Of a stretch of 64,000 nt of DNA, positions 29,281 to 38,342 are shown piece by piece. Position numbers and translations under genes: made by a program. Position 1 is the stretch's first letter. Every line of letters begins with the position of its first letter. Location: NCBI GenBank assembly GCA_963840855.1, contig CAWJBB010000030.1, forward strand, positions 1-64,000, read 5' to 3'. Under the pieces are notes generated by a model. The model was not told the origin of the DNA. It ran no database searches and saw nothing but the letters and a program-made list of their open reading frames with translations. The DNA is from an uncultured delta proteobacterium (GTDB lineage: Bacteria; Desulfobacterota; Binatia; UBA9968).

Positions 29281-29315
29281 GATCACCGGCTACAGGGGCG
29301 CTGCGGCCGGTGATC
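29281..29315. terminator. Stem-loop downstream of the cupin gene
   Basis: gatcaccggc...gccggtgatc perfect 10-bp stem; weak U-tract. Confidence 0.4.
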
Positions 29316-29350
29316 CAAAGAGTTGTGGCTTGAAGGTTTGAGTGAAGTGC

Positions 29351-29836
29351 CTAGCCGGCCGATTCCGCGAAAAACTTCCCCGGCATCTCAATCGGCGGAA
29401 GCGAGTGGTTTTCTTCCGAGCCGCCCAGGATGGGCGTGCCATCGGGCATTAATCGCACCGCCTCGCCCTTTTGCGGTCTATCCGGTGTAAAAGCCGCCAT
29501 ACGCAACACCACCAAATTTCCCGCGCCGGTATTGAGGTAGCGATAATATGCTCCCTTGGGCAACATAACTCCCTGGTAGGGTTTTATTTTCAATTCCGCG
29601 CCGTTTTCGTCGAAGACGCTCATCTCGCCTTCCAACACGATAAACGCATGGTCCTGGTTGAGGTGCGTGTGAATCTCGTTTTCGCCCCCTTCGGCGTTGA
29701 TCTTCGTCGCGATCCACATGTTCTCGGTCTTTGCGACGGTTTGCGTCACCCGGCCTTGCTGCATATAGGGGGTTTTCAACGAGAACAGTTGCGCCTTGGG
29801 CGCCTCCTTCTCCTGTTTCTTTGCTACTGCTTCCAT
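29351..29836 (-). CDS. Cupin-domain protein
   Basis: GGENEIHTHLNQDHAFIVLEGE...LPKGAYYRY; SD aggag. Confidence 0.8.
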   Translation of the reverse strand: MEAVAKKQEKEAPKAQLFSLKTPYMQQGRVTQTVAKTENMWIATKINAEGGENEIHTHLNQDHAFIVLEGEMSVFDENGAELKIKPYQGVMLPKGAYYRYLNTGAGNLVVLRMAAFTPDRPQKGEAVRLMPDGTPILGGSEENHSLPPIEMPGKFFAESAG

Positions 29837-29931
29837 AGGTTTCTCCTTTTTTATTTTTTTGCCCTAGTCGTGTTATCCCGTCGTATTATGGCAGATGACA
29901 AATTATCAACCCATCAGATCACCTTGCCTTC

Positions 29932-31635
29932 TTATGCCGCGGCATGCAACGCGTGATAGCGGGCGTTGCGGAGCACCCGGCCCGGCGTGGCGCCTGTATG
30001 CTTCCCATCCTCGATCAACACTTCGCCGTTGATGACGGTAAAGTGCACGCCATCCGCGAGCGCGCGCACCCGCCAGCCGTTGTTCGGCAGATCATGCACC
30101 ATTTCTTGCTTGCGCGGCTGCACAGTGTCGGGGTCAAAGACAACCAGGTCCGCCGCCATCCCGGGCTGCAACAGGCCGCGATCGTAAATGCCGAACGCCG
30201 TCGCAGAGTCAAAAGTCAGCCGCCGCACGGCCTGCTCCAGTGGCATGATGCCGCGCTCGCGCACCCAGTATCCCAGCATGCGCGTGCTGTAGCCGACTTG
30301 ACAGTGGAACTGCACATGCGCGCCGCCGTCGGAGAGGCCGACGACCGTATACGGGCTGGTCAGAAACTGGGTCATCGCCTCGCGGTCGGTATTATTCTGG
30401 CCCAGCGCGAACAGCGTGTTCAACTCCTCTTCCACGACGAGGTCCAAAAAGACGTCCAGCGGGTCTCTCCTCTGCGCGGCGGCTATTTCCGCTATGCTCT
30501 TGTTTTTTAATCCTTGATTCCGGGGCAAGGCGGGCTCTTCCACTAGTAGAAGATCCCATCGCTTGGCCCAGCGGGAATCCGGGCCCAATGGAGCCGCGAC
30601 TTCCTCGCGCAGCTTCTTGCGCAGCTCGAGGTCGCCGTAAGCGCGGATCTTGTCTTCATCAGGCGAGTTCATAATCTCCAACCAGGTGGGCAGTTGGCGA
30701 AACGTCTGACAGTTTTTCATGGTAAAACGTCCGACCACGCTGTTCGGACTGCAAAGCGGCACCGCCCGATTTCCCTCCCGGCAGCTCTCCTCGACAAAAT
30801 CCAAGTGCTGCTTCCAGCGCATCGGCGCGCGCGCATTCTCCGCAATCGTGTTGTAGATGACGCGCCGGCCGCTGGCCGCGGAAAGCCGGCTCATGAGCCG
30901 GTCTTTCAGCTCCGGCGTCGTGCCGCCGCCGCTTTGAATTACACCGGTGCCGAGTTCCCCGAGCGTCTCGGCCAAGGCAAACAGTTCCGGCTCCGGTGCG
31001 AACGACGCCGGGATGAGTTTTCCTTGCACGTCAAAATGGCTCATGTTGCGCGACAACGACAGGCCCAAGGCTCCAGCCTCTATGCCCTCGCGCACCACGC
31101 CGCGCATGACCTCGAGCTCGCCTTCGGTCGCCGCTCTTTCCTGGCTTGCTTCCCCCATGGCGTAAAGCCGCAGCGCCGTATGTCCCATCAGCGCGCCGAC
31201 ATTGACGCCGAGCTTGCGGTCGAGCACGTCCATATACTGTGGAAAGCTCTCCCAGTTCCACGGCACCCCGGCCTGCAAGACATCCATCGGGATCGCTTCC
31301 ACCTGGGACAACATGCTGATGAGCTTCTCATGATCATGCGTCCGCACGGGGGCGACTGCCAGTGAGCAGTTGCCGATAATGACGCTGGTCGCGCCGTGAT
31401 AGCATGAAAAGGTGCACAGCGGATCCCAGGTCACCTGAGCATCATAGTGGCAGTGGTTGTCGATGAATCCCGGCGCGATCACCTTGCCGTCCGCATCGAT
31501 GACGCGCTTGGCGGCGCCGCTGAGCCGGCCCAACTCCGCTATTTTTCCCCGACTAACCGCCACATCTCCCCGGTACGAGGGCATCCCCGAACCATCGACG
31601 ATCCGGCCGTTCTTGATTAACAAATCGTACGCCAT
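29932..31635 (-). CDS. N-acyl-D-amino-acid deacylase-family amidohydrolase
   Basis: YDLLIKNGRIVDGSG, PGFIDNHCHYD, IGNCS, SDGGAH, DRGLLQPGMAADLVVFDP. Confidence 0.9.
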   Translation of the reverse strand: MAYDLLIKNGRIVDGSGMPSYRGDVAVSRGKIAELGRLSGAAKRVIDADGKVIAPGFIDNHCHYDAQVTWDPLCTFSCYHGATSVIIGNCSLAVAPVRTHDHEKLISMLSQVEAIPMDVLQAGVPWNWESFPQYMDVLDRKLGVNVGALMGHTALRLYAMGEASQERAATEGELEVMRGVVREGIEAGALGLSLSRNMSHFDVQGKLIPASFAPEPELFALAETLGELGTGVIQSGGGTTPELKDRLMSRLSAASGRRVIYNTIAENARAPMRWKQHLDFVEESCREGNRAVPLCSPNSVVGRFTMKNCQTFRQLPTWLEIMNSPDEDKIRAYGDLELRKKLREEVAAPLGPDSRWAKRWDLLLVEEPALPRNQGLKNKSIAEIAAAQRRDPLDVFLDLVVEEELNTLFALGQNNTDREAMTQFLTSPYTVVGLSDGGAHVQFHCQVGYSTRMLGYWVRERGIMPLEQAVRRLTFDSATAFGIYDRGLLQPGMAADLVVFDPDTVQPRKQEMVHDLPNNGWRVRALADGVHFTVINGEVLIEDGKHTGATPGRVLRNARYHALHAAA

Positions 31636-31950
31636 TTGCCTTCCCTCCTTCATTACCTAACCGCAGATGGGCCGACTATAGGACTCGCTCGCAATGCTGT
31701 CAATTGATTCAAACTAAACCGAGTGTATAACATCCGCTACATGGTGGAAGTGGCAAGAAGCTGGGGAACGTATCGTGTCGAGGGAGGTGCACAGAGTAAC
31801 GCAGTCGATTCCTCAATGTAGCTGAACAAGATATCACACCACTAAAGGCCGGTACTTATCGCCGACGGTTGTTAGACTATACCACTGCTTGACGCTGCTG
31901 GACGACATGATACATTGGATATACATTATAGTACTCTCAAGGAGATGCCC

Positions 31951-32178
31951 ATGGTTAAACGGCTCACTCAGCATGGCAACAGCGCCGCCCTGATCATCGA
32001 CAAGCCCGTACTAGACCTTCTGAACATCACGATGGATACGCCCCTGGAGATTGCCACAGACGGGCGGAATCTCATCGTGTCGCCGATCCAGAGCGCGAGG
32101 CGCGAACAGCGCTTCCGCTCCGCGCTCGAAGCGGTAAACCGCCGGCACGGCAAAACGCTCAAGGCTTTGGCAGAGTAG
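31951..32178 (+). CDS. AbrB/MazE/SpoVT-family antitoxin
   Basis: KRLTQHGNSAALIIDK swapped-hairpin motif; SD aaggag; upstream of Doc toxin. Confidence 0.85.
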   Translation: MVKRLTQHGNSAALIIDKPVLDLLNITMDTPLEIATDGRNLIVSPIQSARREQRFRSALEAVNRRHGKTLKALAE

Positions 32179-32185
32179 CCTTGCC

Positions 32186-32578
32186 GTGGCGCATCCGCTT
32201 TTCTTGACACTTGCCGAAGTCATCGAAATTCATGCCGATCAAATTCGTCGCTATGGCGGCCGGGCTGGACTTCGAGATTTAGCGCTGCTCGAGTCCGCCC
32301 TCGCCCAACCGGAGGCGTCCTTTGCAGGCGAGTGGCTGCATGGAGATCTCTATGCAATGGCCGCTGCCTACGCCTATCACCTGTGCCAAAATCACCCGTT
32401 CATCGATGGCAACAAACGAACCGGTCTTGCCGCCGCGTTGGTATTTCTCGAACTGAACGGTATCACGGTCCTGGATCCAAGAGGCCGGCTGAAAAATGCC
32501 ATGATTCGCATCGCCTCCGTCAAGATGAGCAAAGATGATTTCACCAAGCTCTTAACAAAACTGCCTCGACAAGAGTAA
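32186..32578 (+). CDS. doc: Doc (death-on-curing) Fic-family toxin
   Basis: HPFIDGNKR Doc motif; GLRDLALLESALAQP. Confidence 0.9.
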   Translation: MAHPLFLTLAEVIEIHADQIRRYGGRAGLRDLALLESALAQPEASFAGEWLHGDLYAMAAAYAYHLCQNHPFIDGNKRTGLAAALVFLELNGITVLDPRGRLKNAMIRIASVKMSKDDFTKLLTKLPRQE

Positions 32579-32892
32579 TGAGTCGGCGCTCCGCGCCCGA
32601 TTTTCTTTGAGGTTCGCACGTCTACTTTCCCTTGATACCCAGTTCCTTTTGCGCTTCCCGGAGAATCGAAAGAACTGCGACATCATCCACACAAATTAGA
32701 GGATCTCCCTCGGAACTTTCTTGAAATGGAGATGGGAAAAGGGTGCCCCCCTTTTCCTGATTCTCATGATTTCCTCCTCATAAAATCGTCAGTCCACAAG
32801 TCCGGATTAGGTCTATAAGCAGTGACAACAACCGCGGGTGACGAGAGACCCTTCGGAATGCCCCAAACGACGTGGAATCGGTTGCGCCGATT

Positions 32893-34014
32893 TCACCTGA
32901 TTACCCTGTCCGCCCGCGCCAGCACATTGGGCGGAATCGTCAGGCCGATCTGCTTCGCGGCTTTCAGGTTGATGATGAACTCGAACTTCTTTGGCTGCTC
33001 CACGGGAAGTTCGGCGGGCTTGGCGCCCTTGAGAATCTTGTCGACATACGTTGCCGCGCGCCGGTCCAAGTCGGTAATGCTCATGCCGTAGGACATAAGC
33101 CCACCGGCTTGCACAGATTCCGCCCCTTCGTATATCACCGGGAGCCGGCTCTTTACCGCGAGTTCTGCAATCTGTGGCCGCTGAAAGCTGACGAACGTGG
33201 CTGACACCCGGAAAAGGACCGCGTCAGCCCGCCCCTTGTCTGCGGCCCGGAATGCGGTCTCAACATCCTTGGAACTTAGGATGTCCAGGTATTGAAGCTT
33301 CACTCCTAACGCCCCCGCGGCGAGATCGAGATCTTTTAACACTTGCGCGTGGTCCTGGCTGGTTGAACTCACGAAAACGGCCACGCGGGAGAGCCTGGGA
33401 ACGATCTCCTTCAGAAGCTCCAGCCGTTTTCCGCTTAACTCCGGGCGAAAGGTTGAGAAACCAGTAACATTCCCGCCCGGCCGCGCCAGACTGGCGACGA
33501 AACCGCTTCCAACAGCGTCGCCACCATTAATCATGACAATGGGAATTGTGGTAGTCGCTTCCTTGGCTGCGCGTATATCTCCCGAACCGCGCGCGACGAT
33601 AACGTCTACCTTGAGACGCACTAGCTCGGCCGCGAGCGCGCGCTGGCGATCGCGGTTTCCCTCACCAGATCGCCATTCGATGACAATGTTTTTCCCTTCG
33701 ACGTAGCCGAGGTCGCGCAGACCCTGCCGGAATGTCTCGAGGCGAGCCGAGTCAGCGGAAAGCGAGGTGTTCGTTAGGTATCCTAGCCGCGGGATTTTTG
33801 TCGGCTGCTGCGCCAAAGCCGCAACTCCACCGAAGGCGAATATGAAAGCGAGGATGACAAGCCCAACCAATTTTCGTCTGCGGGGCCGCTTTTGAATTGT
33901 CGGACGCGTGTAGGGGCCGACCTGCGTGTCGGCCCTCCGAACGGGCGGACACCCTGCGACGTTACTCACGGCAGGCATAGGTCCGCCCCTACCATTGCAT
34001 GTTGCGTTCTTCAT
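32893..34014 (-). CDS. ABC_sub_bind (PF04392-type) substrate-binding protein with REP-derived N-terminal extension
   Basis: LGYVEGKNIVIE.R, ASLARPGGNVTG, GGLMSYG, KILKGAKPAELPVEQP; ATGA overlap with upstream paralog. Confidence 0.85.
   Translation of the reverse strand: MKNATCNGRGGPMPAVSNVAGCPPVRRADTQVGPYTRPTIQKRPRRRKLVGLVILAFIFAFGGVAALAQQPTKIPRLGYLTNTSLSADSARLETFRQGLRDLGYVEGKNIVIEWRSGEGNRDRQRALAAELVRLKVDVIVARGSGDIRAAKEATTTIPIVMINGGDAVGSGFVASLARPGGNVTGFSTFRPELSGKRLELLKEIVPRLSRVAVFVSSTSQDHAQVLKDLDLAAGALGVKLQYLDILSSKDVETAFRAADKGRADAVLFRVSATFVSFQRPQIAELAVKSRLPVIYEGAESVQAGGLMSYGMSITDLDRRAATYVDKILKGAKPAELPVEQPKKFEFIINLKAAKQIGLTIPPNVLARADRVIR
33910..33992. repeat. GTAG-type REP doublet (REPIN) with a second repeat nested inside
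   Basis: GTAGGGGCCGACCTGCGTGTCGGCCC (33910-33935) and inverted gggcggac...aggtccgcccCTAC (33943-33992). Confidence 0.8.
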
Positions 34015-35000
34015 CGAATCACCTGATTCGCCCGCGCGAGCAGGTCGGGTGAAATTGTCAGTCCAATCTGTTTTGCCGCCTTAAGGTTAATGACGAATTC
34101 AAACTTCGTTGCCTGCTGCACGGGCAAATCAGCCGGTTTGGCACCTTTTAAGATCTTGTCCACATAAACAGCCGCGCGCCGATAGAGGTCAGCGTAGTCT
34201 GCCCCGTAGAACATGAGACCGCCCTCATCGACAAACTCCTTCTGTGGATAAATAGCCGGCAACCGGTATTTACCAGCAAGCTCGACGATCCGCTTTCTTG
34301 CGGCCAAAAAGAACGGACCGCCGGTCGTCATAATTGCGCCCACCTGCTTCTGCTTGGCGGTCTGGAAAGCGCTCTCTAAACCTTTGGGTTCGCGTTGAGT
34401 CTCGATCTCCTCCAATTTTAACCTGAGCGCCTGAGCTGCCGACCTGAGCTCTTTCAGTTGGAGGTCTCCTCCTGCGCCGCCTCCCGCCGGCCGCAGAACT
34501 CCAACTCTGGCGAGCTTGGGAATGGCGTCCTTGAGTATCTCTAGCCTTTTGGTAATTAGCTCGTACGATAAACTCGCGAGCCCGGTCACATTGCCTCCCG
34601 GTCGCGCCAGACTGGCAACCAGACCTAAAGCCACGGGGTCTCCCGCTCTTGTCATTACGATGGGGATGGTAGTAGTCGCTTTCTTCGCGGCTAACGCCAC
34701 TCCAATTCCCGAGACCACAATTAGATCGACCTTAAGACGAACTAACTCCCCCGCAAGCTCAGGTTGGCGCTTAGGCTGTCCCTCCGCAAATCGGTACTCA
34801 ATGGCGATATTCTTTCCCTCAATCCAGCCAAGCTTGCTCAGCTCTTGCCGAAACGACTCCACGAGGACCGCGCTAGCGGAAGCAATGCTTGAATCTAGAA
34901 AACCTATGCGGAAGATTTTCCCTGTCTGCTGCGCCTCGGCGAGAAAAACAGTAAGCAGAAGGACAGTAAGCGCCAGGCAGACAACAATACTTCTAATCAT
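34011..35000 (-). CDS. ABC_sub_bind substrate-binding protein
   Basis: Signal peptide ending AEAQQ; same motifs as paralogs. Confidence 0.9.
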   Translation of the reverse strand: MIRSIVVCLALTVLLLTVFLAEAQQTGKIFRIGFLDSSIASASAVLVESFRQELSKLGWIEGKNIAIEYRFAEGQPKRQPELAGELVRLKVDLIVVSGIGVALAAKKATTTIPIVMTRAGDPVALGLVASLARPGGNVTGLASLSYELITKRLEILKDAIPKLARVGVLRPAGGGAGGDLQLKELRSAAQALRLKLEEIETQREPKGLESAFQTAKQKQVGAIMTTGGPFFLAARKRIVELAGKYRLPAIYPQKEFVDEGGLMFYGADYADLYRRAAVYVDKILKGAKPADLPVQQATKFEFVINLKAAKQIGLTISPDLLARANQVIR

Positions 35001-35049
35001 TTGTTTCCCTCTCTTATACTGCCAACTGCATTCTGCTCACTGCCGGCTG

Positions 35050-35128
35050 TCATTCGATGATCCGTGTGAAAGAGCATTTTCGGTGGGATTGTAAGACTGA
35101 TCGGTTTGGTCTCGGTGCTGAAATTTAG
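35050..35128 (-). pseudogene. 3' relic of a further ABC_sub_bind gene
   Basis: Translates LNFSTETKPISLTIPPKMLFHTD, then IE* in a shifted frame, versus paralog INLKTAKQIGLTIPP.VLARA..VI.*. Confidence 0.55.
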
Positions 35129-35190
35129 ACACGACATTTAAAACAATTTTTTTATGACCTTATGCCGCTAATGCTTGTGGTTGGAACGCT

Positions 35191-35433
35191 TCAATCCGGA
35201 AGACGGTCGTAAACTTCGGGCTGCACTTTAGGAACTTTCGCCATGGCGCGTTTGAATTTCTTTCGATTGCCACGTTTGGCTCGTTCTTCAAGATAGTCCT
35301 CGGTCATCAGTGCAGAGATTTTCTCAGCCAAAGCGAGTGTAATTAATTGATTGATAGAGACACTCTCTTTTTCAGCCAATCGGCGCACTTGCTTATGCAA
35401 GGAATCGGGGAGGCGGAGGCTAATTGTACTCAT
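35191..35433 (-). CDS. Ribbon-helix-helix antitoxin (HicB-like)
   Basis: STISLRLPDSLHKQVRRLAEKESVSINQLI; ATGA overlap with PIN toxin. Confidence 0.85.
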   Translation of the reverse strand: MSTISLRLPDSLHKQVRRLAEKESVSINQLITLALAEKISALMTEDYLEERAKRGNRKKFKRAMAKVPKVQPEVYDRLPD

Positions 35434-35861
35434 GGCAACTCTCCTATGGCTCTCAAAAATTCTTGAGCGGTCATTACGCGAACGCCAAATTGCTCCACAC
35501 CTTCAAAATCATCTTTGTTATACGTGACGATAATATCGCAGCCTGCGGATACGGCCAATTCGAGAACCATATCGTCTTTCGGGTCCTTTAAGAATGGCCG
35601 CCATAGGTAATAAACTTTTCTTCGATTCGCCACAGAGCAAACATAGTCGAGGACGTCGTCAACGTCGCTTGGTCTCAGGCCAGTTTTCTTACCGACGAGT
35701 CGCTTGGCTACCTCTTCGTACTCGAAGATCAACGGAACGGAAACGTTGATTTCAAACTTCCCGCTTTCGAGAAGCATAAAGAGTTTATTAGACGCTCCGT
35801 ATTGTGACCGCAGGGCCGCGACGAGTACGTTGGTGTCGGCGACGATTCGGGGCGGGCTCAC
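35430..35861 (-). CDS. PIN-domain toxin
   Basis: VADTNV, EYEEV, DPKDDMVLELA, VTYNKDDF acidic PIN residues; probable GTG start. Confidence 0.9.
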   Translation of the reverse strand: MSPPRIVADTNVLVAALRSQYGASNKLFMLLESGKFEINVSVPLIFEYEEVAKRLVGKKTGLRPSDVDDVLDYVCSVANRRKVYYLWRPFLKDPKDDMVLELAVSAGCDIIVTYNKDDFEGVEQFGVRVMTAQEFLRAIGELP

Positions 35862-35868
35862 TGCTGGT

Positions 35869-35897
35869 ATCGTATGCAATACCGCCCGATTTGTCAA
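35869..35897 (-). promoter_or_regulatory. Sigma70 promoter, leaderless PIN toxin transcript
   Basis: TTGACA-N17-TACGAT-N7-GTG. Confidence 0.65.
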
Positions 35898-36051
35898 TTT
35901 GGAGTTCGGTAGATCTGACTCACAAATCTGGTCGGCGCGCAGTTTGCGTTTTTGGTTGAAGTGGAAGCGAAGTGTTTTGATTGTCGGACGAAATTCAGAT
36001 CAAAAATTTGGCTTTAAGATCATTTTCATTTCTTCTGCTGCCCAGCCAAAA

Positions 36052-37044
36052 TTATTTGATCACTTGATTCGCCCGCGCTACCACGTCAGATGGAATTGTC
36101 AGTCCGATCTGTTTCGCCGCGTTCAAGTTGATGACAAACTCGAACTTCGTTGCCTGCTGCACCGGCAAATCAGCCGGTTTGGCGCCTTTCAAGATCTTGT
36201 CCACGTAAACAGCCGCGCGCCGATATTGGTCAGTGTTGTCCGACCCATAGGACATGAGGCCGCCCCCATCGACATACCCCTTGTCTGGGTAAATAGCCGG
36301 CAACCGGTATTTGCCGGCAAGCTCGACGATCCGCTTTCTTTCGGCTCCAAAGCGGCGACCGGGGGTCGTCATAATCGCGGTCACCTGCTTCTGCTTTGCG
36401 GTTTGAAAGGCGCTCTCTAAACCTTTGGCGCCGGGTTGAGTCGAAATGTCTTCTAAGTTTAGCTTCAATGCCAGCGCCGCAGCTCTTAGCTCTTTCAGTT
36501 GGAGGTCTGCTGTTATGCTGGTTCCCGGCCACCGCAGAAGCCCGACTCGTGAGAGTCTGGGGATGGCGTCCTTGAGTATCTCTAGCCTTTTGGTGTTTAG
36601 TTCGGTCCCTAAACTCGAGAGCCCCGTGACATTGCCTCCCGGCTGCGCCAGACTGGCAACCAAACCTGCACGCACGGGGTCTCCGCCGCTCGGCATCACG
36701 ATGGGGATAGTAGTAGTCGCATTCTTCGCCGCTAACGCCGGTGTCGTCGCTGGGGCTACGATCAGATCGACCTTTAGACGAACCAAGTCCGCCGCAAGCT
36801 CGCGTAGGTGCTCAGCGCCCTTGCCCTCTCCAAACCGGTACTCGATGGTGAAATTCTTCCCCTCAATCCAGCCAAGCTTGCTCAGCTCCTGCCGGAACGC
36901 GTCCACGAGGACCGCGCTACCGGAAGCAGTGCTCCCATCCAGGAAACCTATGCGGAAGGTTTTTCCCGGTTGCTGCGCCTCCGCGGACGAGCAAAGCGCA
37001 AAGAGCATAGCGCAAAGAGTAAGGACAGTGATTTTTGTCTTCAT
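36052..37044 (-). CDS. ABC_sub_bind substrate-binding protein
   Basis: Signal peptide MKTKITVLTLCAMLFALCSSAEAQQ; conserved motifs. Confidence 0.9.
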   Translation of the reverse strand: MKTKITVLTLCAMLFALCSSAEAQQPGKTFRIGFLDGSTASGSAVLVDAFRQELSKLGWIEGKNFTIEYRFGEGKGAEHLRELAADLVRLKVDLIVAPATTPALAAKNATTTIPIVMPSGGDPVRAGLVASLAQPGGNVTGLSSLGTELNTKRLEILKDAIPRLSRVGLLRWPGTSITADLQLKELRAAALALKLNLEDISTQPGAKGLESAFQTAKQKQVTAIMTTPGRRFGAERKRIVELAGKYRLPAIYPDKGYVDGGGLMSYGSDNTDQYRRAAVYVDKILKGAKPADLPVQQATKFEFVINLNAAKQIGLTIPSDVVARANQVIK

Positions 37045-37099
37045 GTCTTTTGCCCTGACTTGATCCACTCGTCACTCGACACTTGACACTCGCCCCTTC

Positions 37100-38098
37100 T
37101 CACTTGATCAGCCTATTCGCCCGCGCCAGCACCTCCGGCGGAATCATCAGGCCGATTTGCTTCGCCGTTTTGAGATTGATCACGAACTCAAACTTCGTCG
37201 GCTGCTCCACCGGCAGATCGGCAGGCTTGGCTCCTTTCAGAATCTTGTCCACGTAGTATGCGACGCGCCGGTAGCTGTCCGCGAGGTCCGCCCCGTAGGA
37301 CATGAGCCCACCGGCATCTACAGCTTCTTTGTTGCCGTATATCGACGGTAACCGGCTCTTTAACGCAAAGCCCACGATCCGTTTTCGGTTAGCAAGCATT
37401 AGCGCAAGCCCCCGGTCACGTAGAGTCCATCCGGGCGCTGCTTGGTCAGCGCAGCGAATACCCGGTCGAAATCGTCCGCAACTTCGTACCTCCCAAGGCT
37501 GAATAGTCAACCTCAGCGCACGCGCCGCGACGGGGAGAATCTCTTTCACCTCGCGTACATTGGGCGGATTGGCCGGATCGTAGAGAACCGCGACACGGGC
37601 AAGTTTGGGAACGGCTTCTTTGAGCAACTCAAGCCGCTTACCGCCTAGTTCTCGGCAAGGTTTGTAACGCCCGTGACGTTGCCGCCGGGACGGGCAAGGG
37701 TTTCAACAAAGCCTGCCTCGACAGGATCGATCCCAGCGCCCGTCATAACGATGGGAATCGTCTTGGTCGCATTCTTGGCCGCCTGGATCAGCGGGTCCCC
37801 TCCTGCTGCCACGATGATATCAACTTTGAGCCGCACCAGCTCAGCCGCAAGCTCAGGGAGCCGATCGCGCTTCCCCTCCGCATATCGGTACTCGCTGGCG
37901 ATGTTCTGTCCTTCTATGTAGCCACGATCGCGCAGAGCCAGCCGAATTGCCTCGAAACGGGCGGACGTCAGTAGCTGGATCGATATTGGATAGATAGCCT
38001 ATCCGCGGGACTTTCTTCGGCTGCTGCGCTTCGGCGATCACGACAACAGTAAGCAGCGTCATTGCAATCAGGGCTGATGACAGGCCAGCATTCTTCAT
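37100..38098 (-). pseudogene. ABC_sub_bind substrate-binding protein with about four frameshifts
   Basis: Consecutive domain pieces in different frames; shifts near 37969, 37652, 37483 and 37408. Confidence 0.8.
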
Positions 38099-38342
38099 CG
38101 CACGCTCCATTCCTGGCGTTATTTATCACGCGGATGGAAGTAAAGAAAAGGATGATCACGGCAGAAGGCGAAAGGTATTCGTCGCGTAGCAAGGCCGGAT
38201 TCATCCCGAGATTGAACTGATTGCCGCGTCAGTTCAGTCTTCAAAAATTTAATAAACGCCACAGCCATCCTTGCCTAAAAGCGGGCAGAGGAGCGAGACC
38301 GAGCGATTGACGATTCGGAATAGCAAGCAGTATATTCCGGCG

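Noticed and set aside
31820-31878. Possible integron attC (gctgaac...gttagac) before the AbrB-Doc module
   Set aside because: Core sites are imperfect, no convincing L-box pairing, and no integrase in the window
32696-32767. 23-aa minus-strand ORF with strong SD (MRIRKRGAPFSHLHFKKVPREIL)
   Set aside because: Interrupted by a ggaaaaggg..cccttttcc hairpin repeat; more likely a gene-start relic, with insufficient support
32822-37351. Recurring plus-strand ORFs (RPRQHIGRNRQADL..., DHLIRPRYHVRWNCQSDL...)
   Set aside because: Antisense shadows of the conserved 3' ends of ABC_sub_bind genes
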